This document shows, piece by piece, positions 35,397-47,337 of a stretch of DNA of 64,000 nucleotides (the first letter of the stretch is position 1; every line of letters starts with the position of its first letter). The stretch comes from Podarcis muralis (Eukaryota): the NCBI RefSeq assembly GCF_964188315.1, contig NC_135658.1:24490001-24554000 (forward strand). Reading direction: 5' to 3'. Both the position numbers and the translations under genes were made by a program. The notes below the pieces were generated by a model, which searched no databases, had not been told where the DNA came from, and saw nothing but the letters and a program-made list of their open reading frames with translations.

Positions 35397-35787
35397 CTTC
35401 CTTCACACTGGGATCCAAAAGGCTTTGTTGTATAGGCTGAAGACACTTCCACACACAAACACACACACAGAATTCCAACAATTCCTAATTTCTACTGCTG
35501 GTCCGAACACCAAAGAGCTCCCCCCCACCTCAAAAATGGGCTTTCTGGGGGGGCACCAGGGGCTGCATAGTAATGCAGAAGTACAGTAGTTGATTTTTTT
35601 TTAAGTGTGCTAGTTTTCTTTGAAAAGTTTACTAGTTCTTTGAAAAAATAACCAGCTTCAGAGAAACATTCCATTTTCAAACAGCACTGTCATAGCTCAT
35701 TTCCAGAAGTCTTCATAAATGATTATGCTACAAAACATTCAGGGTATGTTGATAAACGCAAATTTCATCTCCTTTTAGAACACAATA

Positions 35788-36002
35788 CAGTGGACCCTCT
35801 AGTTACGTACCACTCTGGATACGCAACTTTCGGGTTATGAACACGGCAAACCCAGAAGTGTATACTTCCGGGCTTCGCCATGCGCACATGCGCAGAAACG
35901 CTAAATCGCGCTGCACACAGAAGCAGAGCCTCTGCCTACGGACTTTTCAGGTTGCGGACAGACCCCTAGAACGAATTTAATTCATATCCAGAGGGTCCAC
36001 TG
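35788..36002. mobile_element. Tigger/pogo-type MITE, about 215 bp
   Basis: TA|CAGTGGACCCTCT...AGAGGGTCCACTG|TA. Confidence 0.9.
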
Positions 36003-36165
36003 TATATTGTCCTTCCCTTTATTAGATGTTAACATAATATAGGCCAATTTCCTTTGGTTCCCTTATGAGAAGGGTTAGAGAAAAAGGCCCACCTGCCTCT
36101 TTCAGTATTCTGCATGTTACATGGGACCTATTAAACTGACTATTCTATATGTCATGAAAACAGTA

Positions 36166-36515
36166 AAGGTAAAGGGACCCCTGACCGTTAGGTCCAGTCG
36201 CAGAGGACTCTGGGGTTGCGGTGCTCATCTCGCTTTACTGGCCGAGGGAGCTAGTGTACAGCTTCCGGGTCATGTGGCCACCATGACTAAGCCACTTCTG
36301 GCAAACCAGAGCGGTGCATGGAGATGCCGTTTACCTTCCCGCCGGAGCGGTACCTATTTATCTACTTGCACTTTGATGTGCTTTCAAACTGTTAGGTTGG
36401 CAGGAGCAGGGACCGAGCAACGGGAGCTCACCCCGCCACGGGGATTCGAACAGCCAACCTTCTGATCGGCAAGCCCTGGGCTCTGTGGTTTAACCCACAG
36501 CGCCACCCGCATCCC
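36166..36515 (-). mobile_element. Full-length Sauria SINE in PSPC1 intron 8
   Basis: Head and tail as in 6967-7320; 14-bp TSD tcatgaaaacagta at 36152-36165 and 36516-36529. Confidence 0.95.
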
Positions 36516-36763
36516 TCATGAAAACAGTATTCTGAGTAAAATACATAGAAAAAACTGGTGCTGATATACTTCTCTTCAAAATCAGTATGAGCAGAAATAG
36601 CCCAGCTTTCAAGATATTGGAGAGTATCAGAGACAGCAAGAGCTTCATCTGTTGTTTCCACTGCAATCATTTTTACTGACGAAGTTTAAAAATCACCTTG
36701 ACTTTTCAGCAAAAATAAACTGATACAGGAAAACACAACAAAGTTCTATCTGTTAACTTAAAC

Positions 36764-36976
36764 CAGGAGTAGGCAACCATTTTCTCGCCAAGGGCAACAT
36801 TCATTTAGGGATAAACTGTCAGGGAGCACATGCTGACTGAATGGGGCACCCCTTTTCATTCTGGACCTGCAAGAAGGATGTTCTTGCCAGAGGTCTGGTC
36901 TGATCACACTGCACATGGCTTTTAAAATTAAGCCAAGAACCAGATGCAGTCTGCCAACACAGCCTGCCCACCTGTG
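36764..36976. mobile_element. Degraded hAT-type MITE
   Basis: caggagtaggcaacc left end, ctgcccacctgtg right end; flanks acttaaac/aattatac (6/8). Confidence 0.45.
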
Positions 36977-37523
36977 AATTATACCCAACCATCTGAAGAA
37001 GCTATTCCGCGTGTTGAGTCACACAGATGGTTCTATAATTGTAGCTTCACTTGTATAATACTAGCATGTTAACAAATTAAATTTGTACTTAAGATTCACT
37101 TAATCAAAGATATCTTCACACTATGTGTCATTTCAACAGCAATCATATTATAGGTTTACCTGCCCCAATACAGCAAAATAAGAATGACTAATTATATTTG
37201 TTGTCTATAAAATATTGTTTTGTTTTTGCATTCCTCTACTTTGATCATTGCAAAAGTGTGAAAAACGGCCTTCTAGCTGTAAAACAATTTTGGCAATTAA
37301 CTCTGTGTACATAATTCTCGGGTATAATCACTTTTAATACAGTGCCAATAACAATATCAACAAGACCGCAGTTCAGTTTGTTTTTAAATTATTTTTCAAT
37401 CTCAAAGGGTATTTATTAACTCAAAGGTCTATTCTAAACTAGTTTTAGCGTGAAGTTATCTTTGCAGCAAAGAGATGTGCCACCATGAAGTAGAGACAAA
37501 ATTAAAATTTTGTGATACATTAC

Positions 37524-37702
37524 CACAGTTCCATTATCTGGCATCATTGGGGCTCCAATGTTTGCAGCTCCTTCTGGTCCCAAGGCAGGACCAGGACCCA
37601 TTGCAGGGCCAGGCAATGTTCCTCTGTTGTTCATATTCATACCCATCATTGGAGGTGGAGGAGGAGGACCTTGGTTTCCAGCAGGTGCTGGGCTAAAGGC
37701 AT
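37524..37702 (-). CDS. PSPC1: PSPC1 exon 8 equivalent (Gly/Pro/Met-rich low complexity), phase 1-0
   Basis: ttgcatag|AT GCC...GTG|gtaatg; 179 nt encoding (D)[59 protein letters not shown]. Confidence 0.96.
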
Positions 37703-38991
37703 CTATGCAAAACAGTCTACACTTAGAGCTGTCCTAACTGAATTTTAAAAATTACAACAATAACAAACTATACAAAACATCAATTAAATGAACAAATTGC
37801 TTTTATCCTTTGAGACTGTACATTTACTTCCACCATAAGGTTTTAAGAAAAAGTTAGTTCCTGAAAGTTACTGCTGAAATTAAGTGTTTAAACTGTTTAT
37901 AGGTTTCAGCTTTACTTATTTTCCATAAAGTTACCAATTCATACAGGTAACTGCAGTAACTTTCAAGTTGGCCCCAATCCAAAGAGGCCTGGTGCCAGCA
38001 TTTGTGTGTAACACAGCTTTTTCATAGCTTCTCTCGTCTCGTCCCGTCCCCCCCCCCCCGTTTTTAGCAAATAAATTTGAATCACAAGACAAACAAAAGT
38101 AACTTAAGAGGTTTGCGGTAGAATATACTATCACATGTGCTATCACAAATAAGAATGAATGAAACTGAAAGCAGTCACCCAGAGGTACTTATGTTCAAGT
38201 AGTAGGCAACTTATTCAGCTTTACTAATCAGAGTATGACTCCACTTAACTTTGTGAACATGTTGTACTTATTTATACTCAAGTAGTTAACCTCTTCATTT
38301 ATAAGAACAGCTGCACATTGACTTGTAGTGAAAAATAGTAATACCCATGAGATAAGTCGTGAACTGTACATTATAGAAATGCAGAAGGAATCATCATACT
38401 GTATTAAAAAATATTCGCGTGCACACAGGGAGAGATAGCAAGAGCGAGATCCATGATTTTAGGGACATGTTTGTATATTCAAGTCAGTGTCCCATTACAT
38501 TTAAGGCAGGGGTTTATGTTCAATATGTTATAGAAAAAGAGGCATATGAATGAGACCTGAACCTTATACACACACAAACTATCTCCTGTACGTCTTTCCT
38601 ATGTTAAACGAAGAAAGCTGGGCTGGCAGAAAAATGCCTAGGATTATAAGAGCACAGGGAGGTTAACGTGCATGATTTTTGGGTGGGGGAAAAATCAGCT
38701 TTACTCTACCACACCAGCTTCACATGAAAGGAGGGCAGAAACATGAAGAAACAGAATATTGTTTCCACCACGATACCTACTATGGCTCTGAAACATAGAA
38801 TTTAGGATTCTAATTTTACCAGTGACAGGAAACAGAGATGAGTGACAAGAATGGTATGCTCTATGCATTTGGTTAAGGACAGCTATAAAATGATATTCAG
38901 CTGTCATTTTAATGCTTCAAATAAAGTATGTTCAATAAAGTCTACTTAGCTAGACTTCGTAACTCTTCAGCCACAACTGTGTTTTTTACAC

Positions 38992-38997
<6 letters not shown>

Positions 38998-39027
<30 letters not shown>
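38998..39027. repeat. (AC)15 microsatellite
   Basis: Direct read. Confidence 0.95.
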
Positions 39028-39029
<2 letters not shown>

Positions 39030-40921
39030 TTTTGTTGGGGAAATTACTCAAGCTAATCTTGGCTAGAACAATGATGAAGTAGTAGGATTCTTATATATTC
39101 AAACCAAGTGCATATTTCTTAAACATAAGTAAACAAAGAACTTAAACAAACTAACAAGTTAAATGAACTTTCATTCTATTACATATAAGCCTAATATTTG
39201 AGCACATGTATGAATTATGAATTAATCTGGGTGCCAAAGCTGACAAAGCTTTCTGTATTTTATGTAGACAATTCGACTTAACTAGGCCTCTCCCTTTCTT
39301 TCCTAGTAATAGAGAGAGGAAAGACCTATGCTCCAACATTAAAGTGCTTGAAGTTCAATAAAGGCCTGAAGTTCAATATACCTGCCAGAAGTGCACATCA
39401 AAATGCTGTGCCTCAGTTGTATACTTATGGGCAACAAGACATCTTGCCCACCATCTCTGTCCACAAATCTGGAAATTACAGCAAATTCACTGAGTAAACT
39501 ACACATCTTTCCAGCAGGTTAAATGTGGGGGACACTCTTAAACATGTGGAGTCAAGCCCTATTTGGGTGCGTTGGTTGTGTGTAAAATTCCTGGATCTAT
39601 TTCTAAAGACAGTGTTCATAGAGGTTTTGTTCACTGTAAGTGCACTAAGAACCTTAAAGAATTTTTTAAAGAATGCTTTCAATCAGACAGCTCATTTTAA
39701 AACACATGCTGTTTAATTAGCGCTTCCATTCACAAAAGGAAGCTTTTTGCTTTCAGAATTTATACTAACCGGCTCAAATTAAACCATGGTTTAATTTTAA
39801 GCAGTGAGAATACGCACTCCCCCCCCCCCCATTCTACCCAAATTTCTTCTTTATTATCCATTGTTTGTTTAGTTTGCCCAGGACATTCAGCAACTTCAGG
39901 GCTGCAATGGTAAAGGCCTCACTTCTTCTGTAGGCCAGCCCAGTCTCCACACAAGGTGGAATCTGAAGCAAGGAGAAACAGGGTCACACATTCAGATTGA
40001 AAGGGCCAGGGAGGCTCATGCAGAAGGCAATATTCCGTAAGATAATCAGGACTGTTTAATTCTTTCTTAGTCAACAGAATCAGCAGCATCACTCTCCTCC
40101 TACACTCCTTCAGCACATTTCATCTCTGAAGACAACCGAAGCAGTTTCAGTTTCAAACCTAGGTCTGAAACTAGAATGAAATGAATCTGGGTAATCAGCT
40201 TCATCCAAGACTGACTGAAGCATGTGCAGCTACCACCCCTTTGAGCAGCTTGCCTCAACAAGGATAATTAGATAATGACTCTAGGACCAAATATGGATTC
40301 TTCAGAATGGTCAGAAAATATAACTAGAAAGCAGTAATGGCCACAAAATCTTAGCCATGGTTAGAAGAGTGGGGGAATTCAAGCATGAAGGAGTGTAGCA
40401 CATTCTCAGTTGATAAACCATAGCAGACAATTGGGTGCTGCCCCATAATAAATCACTGTGGTGATACTGTATACATAGTGCTAAACTTAATAGAGCATGA
40501 AATTTTCACAAAGGTGCTTCATTAATGCCAGTTAACTGTACTTTGTTTCCAATTGTTTTCCAGAATCATCTTCCATAAATAGCAACATATTCAAAAACTT
40601 AAATAAGTGAATCTCAAGAAGTAATTTTTAAAAACCCACAACCTTTTCTTCTTGTATTAGATACAATTCGTATTTTGCTTTTCTTCGGAAACAGTCTTAA
40701 AATGAAAAAAGTAACAACCCACCAGCCCATATTTACTATGTTCATTTGCTTTTTCCTAATTTTAAGATAACTCACATTTGAAACAAAAAATCCTGAACAA
40801 CAAGATTCACTACAGAAATAAATATTTCAAGAATACTTCTCAATGTATAATACTCATAAGTAACATGTACAGTCTCAAATAAATTTTGAAATAACAAGAG
40901 CCTTTTGCTTCAGATCCCTAC

Positions 40922-40979
40922 CTCCCATGTTTAATGCTCCACGAGGACCCATATCACCCATTCTCATTTCCTGTTCTCT
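40922..40979 (-). CDS. PSPC1: PSPC1 exon 7 equivalent, phase 0-1
   Basis: actttcag|AGA...GGA G|gtaggg; 58 nt encoding REQEMRMGDMGPRGALNMG. Confidence 0.95.
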
Positions 40980-43495
40980 CTGAAAGTAAACATAATTTTA
41001 ACAATCAACCTATCACTTATTACTTTAACATTCTCATCTTTTCAAGCAACAGCAAAACTTAATTTGTCACAGTTATTACAAAATAAATCTCATTTTCTGG
41101 TTTACATAAAATCAGAGGAATCCTGCAAAAAAGTTTTAAAACTTAGTAAATTATTGAAGTCCTACAATTTGGGGCTTGCTGAGAAAGCATAAGTACACAA
41201 GATTCTTCCAACTGAGATATCTACAGATAGAGGATCTTGTGTAAATGTTATTTTTGCTCAAGGTCAAAGGAACAAGGAGGAGTAAATGAAGTTGAGACTC
41301 TCTTCTGATCACAAACCTGGCAGAATCAAAGAGGTGGGTAACAACTAAACAAGCCCCGAGAGGTTGACTACACATCTGGACTGCATACTCTCAACTCAAA
41401 CTTGTACATTCTTGAGCTTTGGTGCACAGGCATCCAGTGCCACAGGGGCAATGTTCTGGTCCCCAAACAGACAATAGATAATAGCTTGAGAAATATTACT
41501 TCTGCACCAGGTCGTAGTGCACCCAGAGACAGTATAAAGAAACTAACATGATCGAGAAAAAGCAACAATTTAGATTAGTGTATAGGGATTTAATTTGTTT
41601 GTATGATTCTTCTCACAATCCTGATATATTCAGAACAAACAGTATGTACTGACCCTAAGAGCAGCTTATATTGTTCTTGTTTTTTAGTTATTATTCTTCT
41701 GAGCCTTAATAACAGCACATAATATTAAAAAGGGCAGTTTGGAATGATATTGCTTGAAGTCTTAAAAATGTTTCAGACTGGAAGCATTATGTGCAATGGC
41801 CATAAATTAAGAAAACTCACAATATAGAATACAATTAGGAGTAAAAAGTCATACCAGCAGTAGGTCACTGTCGTAAGGCAGGTGGGTAAATACTCATTCA
41901 CCAGTAGCCTGTACTGAATTAAGAATGGTCTCGGCCAGTAAGAATCAGGCAGGCAAACTCAGAAAATTGAAAATGAAGGGGTTTTTTCAAGCCTTCAAAT
42001 AACTAAAAGCTATGTGTAAGTGGAAGATTAAGTGCCTCTCTGTGTTATTGTACTTGTTTACAGTACTGCCATATGGGCTTAAAATCATACTACTTATCAT
42101 TTGAGATCATTAATGTGCAAGTACACTGAACTGTGCCATTAAGAAAAGACACAACTATTAATATATTATCCCTTACAATCCAAATCATGCAAAACACAGG
42201 TGTTGAATTCATTACTAAAAACCAGGTCTATAGAAGAGATGGAACAATATTTATCAAAAGCAAAATTAGGACTTAATGGTAGTATTCATAAAATGGGGTG
42301 GGGAAGGGGGAGAAAGTTGACTTTTTAGTGAAGTCAAAAGGCTAGTAGAACAGATATTGTTGAAGATTAGAAGTTTGTGTGGGTTTTCAAACAATTCCAT
42401 TAATAGACAACTTGAAGAAATTCAGAATGGAGTAATTAAAAACTGCAACACAGAATAATAAAGGCAAGACACACAGTTTTCCTCTTTCCCACCTTACAAC
42501 CAGAGGCAACCTAAGGCAATGCACACAAGAAAACCATGAAAAGTCAAGCAGCTCTACAAAAATAAGATGTTCTGATAAACATATCCAACCATAACAAGAT
42601 TAAAACAAAAATATTATAATTACTGTAAGACTAAAAGTGGTCAGGAACAGTAATAAACTTCTTAATAAAATTTATAAATATTGAAGCATCAGATTTCAAA
42701 CAGCTTCAATACAATATGTTTACAAGCCAGTTTAGAATACGGAGAGAAGCCATGTGCCCCTGACTTCGATTGCAACTTAGCACAGACTGCAGACTCCACT
42801 GAAGTCACAAGAATGGAACTGTGCAAATGTCATAGGTTAAATGAGAAAACCCATTTTCATAATTTTTTTTAAGGTACTTCTTTCCCAAATATGATACATC
42901 ATCTCATGCGGAGAAAAAAAATTCAAGAAAATGCAGAATTATAAAGTGTTTAGTTCTACTTAAGTCATTAATAGACTCACAGAACCAAGAGTGCCGTATG
43001 CTCTTTCAGGACAAGCAGTAGTATTGTTAGCACGAAGTACTAAAATCCAGTATTCAGAAGTACAAATGAAAGTTAGACATGCAGTCAAATATTCCATATT
43101 TGTAAGTAATTATGTTCCAGGACAGTTTTAATAAAAATTTAGCAGAACATGAATACTTGTAATGTCAACATAAACAACACAGAATGGATAGAATACCACA
43201 TAACCTCCAGGCCAATACAGCTGAAATATAAAATTTATACAGCTAAACGTGTGTACTATTATAGCAGAGAAGTAGGTTGTATGTACCTGAACAAATAACA
43301 CATGCAAAACAATGGGCAGGAAGTTGTATGATTTAGAGGTGGAAAGGACTTTGAACTTTTGTCAACAGAAAATGGGGGGGGGGAGAGCTTTGTTGGAGTA
43401 ATAAGGCAGCACCTCGCTGTGAAAACCGCTCAGCTGTATTTCATCCTGAAACCTCTGTGCAGCCGGTTTAAATGCTCAAGAGAAAAATAGGCTCC

Positions 43496-44040
43496 AGTCA
43501 GGTCTGCCACCCAAGTACTGCCCACCAGCTTGGCTGTGATTCACCATTTCAAATCTGAATGGCAAGGAGAGTCACAGTAGTGCAGGAAGAATCCCACCCC
43601 CCAGCTTAGAATGTTCAGTTTCTGTTAATTGGTTCTCGTGGGAAACTTGCAGATTCTGGCTTCTCACAATTAACTCAAGGTGGTGTCAATTTACTCTTGG
43701 CAGAAAGCCCAGGTCTGCTTGACCTAGAAACTACTCACTCTGATTGGTTAACGACCAGCACTCTGCTCTGTTATCAAGGGATTGCTAGCTCAGTTTGAAG
43801 TGAGGTGTTGTTAGGAGTAGAAGTGCTGTGTATGGTTTTGAGAGAGAGAGAAAGAGAGGATTTATTTTGCTTTGTTTTGTATGCAGAAACTCTGCTGGTT
43901 TTATTTTTTCCTTTTTAATAAATCCTGTAAATAGTTATTCTGAGTCTAGCTGACTAGTCATTACTGCCGCAACTAGCTTCTTCGCTGTGCAGGAAAACTC
44001 TGCTACGTTTGGGCTAAAGCCAGTAGGGCTATGCCTGACA
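43496..44040 (+). mobile_element. Solo LTR, 545 bp
   Basis: Termini aGTCAGG...CCTGACA (7-bp inverted repeat, 1 mismatch), 4-bp TSD CTCC (43492-43495, 44041-44044); CCAAT-type gattgg at 43742 and AATAAA at 43917-43922. Confidence 0.7.
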
Positions 44041-45030
44041 CTCCAAAGATCCATGATAGAAACGGCTGCATTGGGTCGTAATTGCCTCTGCCGCCGAAAT
44101 ACAAGTGTTCCTAAATGTATGGCTTATATTACGTTTCACATTAGGTACGATCATCATGTATTTAACATCACATTATATATGTACATCAAACTTATTTTCA
44201 TCAGATTCACACTTAACTGGAGGAGTTACCCTTTGAAAAGCAAAAAATGGGTGGGTGATGTCTGGCAACACCCCCAGAATTACTCTCTCAAATATCTTAC
44301 CTTTTCCTTAGAGGAAGTAGCTCTCATCACCCCTAGATGTCAGTCCACAAAATCTTTACATCCAGTAAGGGTCATCCTCAGTGGGAGAGCACCCAAAATC
44401 TGTTTTGTTTTTCCCAGCTTCAGCAGCTTTTTCTGAGACAGCCATGTCACACAACCATTAGCTGTCAGTTTTGTTAGCAAAAGGATTTACATTCCACCTA
44501 TGATTTTTGCAGAAAGCTAAACTTTTGCAGAGGAAACACCAGCAGAGTTTCATCAGGTTCGGTGAAGCCATTACACTAGCTTCCTAGCAGTTGGACTGCT
44601 AGTGCTTGAGAGTAAGGTAGGGGTTGGCATACCGCAAACACATCACTGCAGCCAATGTTCTTGTGCTAACCTCCTGAACTCCTCACCAACTTGCCCTTCC
44701 TCCTCTCAGTAAACAACAGCACCCGACCTCCCAGGAAGCTAGCACTGCAGTTGCACCTCAGATAGCAAGCCGCTTTTGGGAAACACCTGCAAACATAGCA
44801 TTCTGTATTAGTTAGCAAAAGTAAAAATTCAATATACAAGCAACAAACCTAGCAATTGGTTCAGGGCCAAAAAATATTCTGCCAACACAAGATGGGGAAA
44901 TATTTTGAATACTTTTTTTTTTTGCAAACACATAAATATTTCTTATCTTTGAGGCACAGGGCAGCTCTGGATTAATCTAAAACTGGTATTTTGCTGTTTC
45001 ATATAGTTTGAGAACATCTAAATAAGAATA

Positions 45031-45171
45031 TGGTTGGACAGTGTTCTCGAAGCTACAAACATGAGCCTGACCAAACTGCGGGAGGTGGTGGAAGACAGGA
45101 GTGCCTGGCGTGCTCTGGTCCATGGGGTCACGAAGAGTCGGACACGACTAAACGACTAAACAACAACAACA
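45031..45171 (+). mobile_element. 5'-truncated Bov-B LINE 3' end
   Basis: WLDSVLEATNMSLTKLREVVEDRSAWRALVHGVTKSRTRL-like frame; (CAA)n tail; 11-bp TSD aaataagaata at 45020-45030 and 45172-45182. Confidence 0.93.
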
Positions 45172-45829
45172 AAATAAGAATAAAGTAATTTGAAACATTC
45201 ACTCAGTATCAAACTGACAGTTTACAGCAAATGAAGGCTCCTTTGCAAACTGCACATCTTCTGAAGTTGTGGCGGGTGATGTCTACCACAAATAAGCTCT
45301 CCATGTGTACAAAGCCACATTTTACCATTCCCTCTATACAGCCCCAAGCTATTATTGCTGGGATACTGCCCGAGTCTTCCTCTGTATCAAAGAAGCAAAA
45401 AAGGAATTTCACATCATTTGTCCTATCATCCTCATTAATCCTATAATAGCAGCAAATTCATTCTTCAAGTGTGGTCCTTATTACGCCAAAATGGCACCAC
45501 TCATGCACAAATGTTTCCAAAGTTAAAAGTGAGAGCCGCCCAATTTAATCAATGGAGAAATCCAAGATTTTAATATAGTTGAAATTGGACACCAGATTGT
45601 TCACCCCACCCCAGAAAGACACCAAAAGGTAGTAGAAAAGTATCCAACAGCACTATTCTCTAGGCAACTCACAACGTGATATACAATACAAATGAAAACA
45701 GGCTCATTAAAAAGAAAAGGCTGCATTAAAATTTCTAGCGTGGAGAAGAACAGAAGTAGACAACCCAAACATATAGAACTTATAAACTGTAGTTCAAAAG
45801 TTAAACCACACTCAGAATTACCATAGACT

Positions 45830-46050
45830 CTCTGGAGAGGACATTCTAAATCTGAAATACCACCACTGAGAAGGCCATTAAGTAGCATTCACCAGCCTCA
45901 CTTTGCTTGGTAGGGCCTCTGAAGAGCTTCTCACGGTTTGAGTAGGTTTATTTTGGAGAATGCAGTATTTCAGGAAGCCTGGTCCTACACTATTTAGAGC
46001 TTTAAGAGGCTAAGACCAGAAATCTGAATTAGGTCCACAGTTGGAATGGG
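45830..46050 (-). mobile_element. Degraded L2 fragment
   Basis: ccaccactgagaaggcc...ggtcctacactatttagagctttaag...accagaaatctgaattag, the antisense of the L2 ORF2 end. Confidence 0.55.
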
Positions 46051-46323
46051 AATCTGAGCAACGGATAAAAGTACTGGTACAATATGATTGAGTTCCTGCT
46101 CTAACTCAGACAGCAACCCCAATCCCATTTACTTGGGAGTAGGCCCCACTGAATTCAACCAGAATTACTTCTGAGTAGAATTGGTGAGGATTTAACACAC
46201 TCCATAATATGTGAGAAAATATTTAAAACACAGGCCTGCTAATGAGAATTCCAAAGCAAATGCAGTTCATATTGAAGGTTAGAAGGGGCTTCTAGTCAGA
46301 ACAGTTTGGCTGTTAAGGTATAC

Positions 46324-46829
46324 TGTCAGGGTATGATGATGTTTATGAAGTACAGAAACTAATAGAAGCTTATAGAAGCTAAGAGAAGTGTTCTAGTATA
46401 TTCTAGCGTTCAAAAGTTCTCTAGGGAGCAGGAATGCAGCTGCTGTTTTTAATACTGCATTATCTGTTTCCTCCAAGGTCATACAACCCCTGGACTAGCT
46501 ATAATTGCTGTCTGGTGAGGACTCTCCTACTCACTCTCATTATTTCCTGTTAATGTACTTGCTTTGATTTATTCTCTCTGTGTATATAGTTTTTACGTTG
46601 GTGTGGAATTTTTATACTGTAACTAGATTACGCTCTGAATTGAGCTTGAGACTGCTGTACCAGGGACCTGGTACCCAAATGTAAAACTATTTTGCCTTAG
46701 TAAACTTTCTACTGATGATTTTGCTGCGTTCTGTGTCTGTTTAAAGCCCACAAGTCACCAGAGTTCTGCTACTTCACTTCACTCAACATCCAGGCATGTC
46801 CCAATGCCTCTGGGGCACGAATCCTGATA
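46324..46829 (+). mobile_element. Solo LTR, 506 bp
   Basis: Termini TGTCAGG...CCTGAtA, perfect 5-bp TSD TATAC (46319-46323, 46830-46834); TATAAT at about 46500 and AGTAAA at 46699-46704. Confidence 0.72.
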
Positions 46830-46979
46830 TATACTTCACACTAAGTATCAGAGGCCAGACTGCAGTGTCACACAAAGCAACCTCTGGCTTCTGCTTTGGC
46901 TGAAGCATTCTGACCTTTGATGCACCTTTGAATGCAATCATTTCAGGTTCAAAGAAGTCCTTATCTCAGCCATGAATAA

Positions 46980-47229
46980 AGGTAAAGGGACCCCTGACCA
47001 TTAGGTCCAGTCGTGACCGACTCTGGGGTTGCGGCGCTCCATCTCGCTTTAATGGCAAACCAGAGCAGCGCACGGAAACGCAGTCTACCTTCCCGCCGGA
47101 GTGGTACCAATTTATCTACTTGCACTTTGACGTGCTTTCGAACTGCTAGGTTGGCAGGAGCAGGGACCGAGCAACGGGAGCTCACCCCGTCACGGGGATT
47201 CGAACCACCGACCTTCTGATCGGCATGTC
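46980..47229 (-). mobile_element. Sauria SINE, 5'-truncated and internally deleted
   Basis: 13-bp TSD cagccatgaataa (46967-46979, 47230-47242); lacks the head and about 60 internal nt relative to 36166-36515. Confidence 0.92.
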
Positions 47230-47279
47230 CAGCCATGAATAATGAACGCCAATTTACTGGAGAATCCTGAACATAAGAA

Positions 47280-47337
47280 AGGACTGCCCTCAGGTCTTTG
47301 GGTATAGGGCACTATACAATTTAAATAAATAAATAAT
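47280..47337 (+). mobile_element. L2 3'-terminal stem-loop and tail
   Basis: tgccct...agggca stem followed by tatacaattt(aaat)n. Confidence 0.55.

Noticed and set aside
38043-38059. G-quadruplex candidate (C12 run on +)
   Set aside because: Homopolymer runs recur in the window and are error-prone in assemblies; no supporting context.
43987-44436. 149-aa ORF
   Set aside because: Starts at a non-ATG codon inside an LTR end, runs through AT-rich intron, and has no recognisable domain or splice context.
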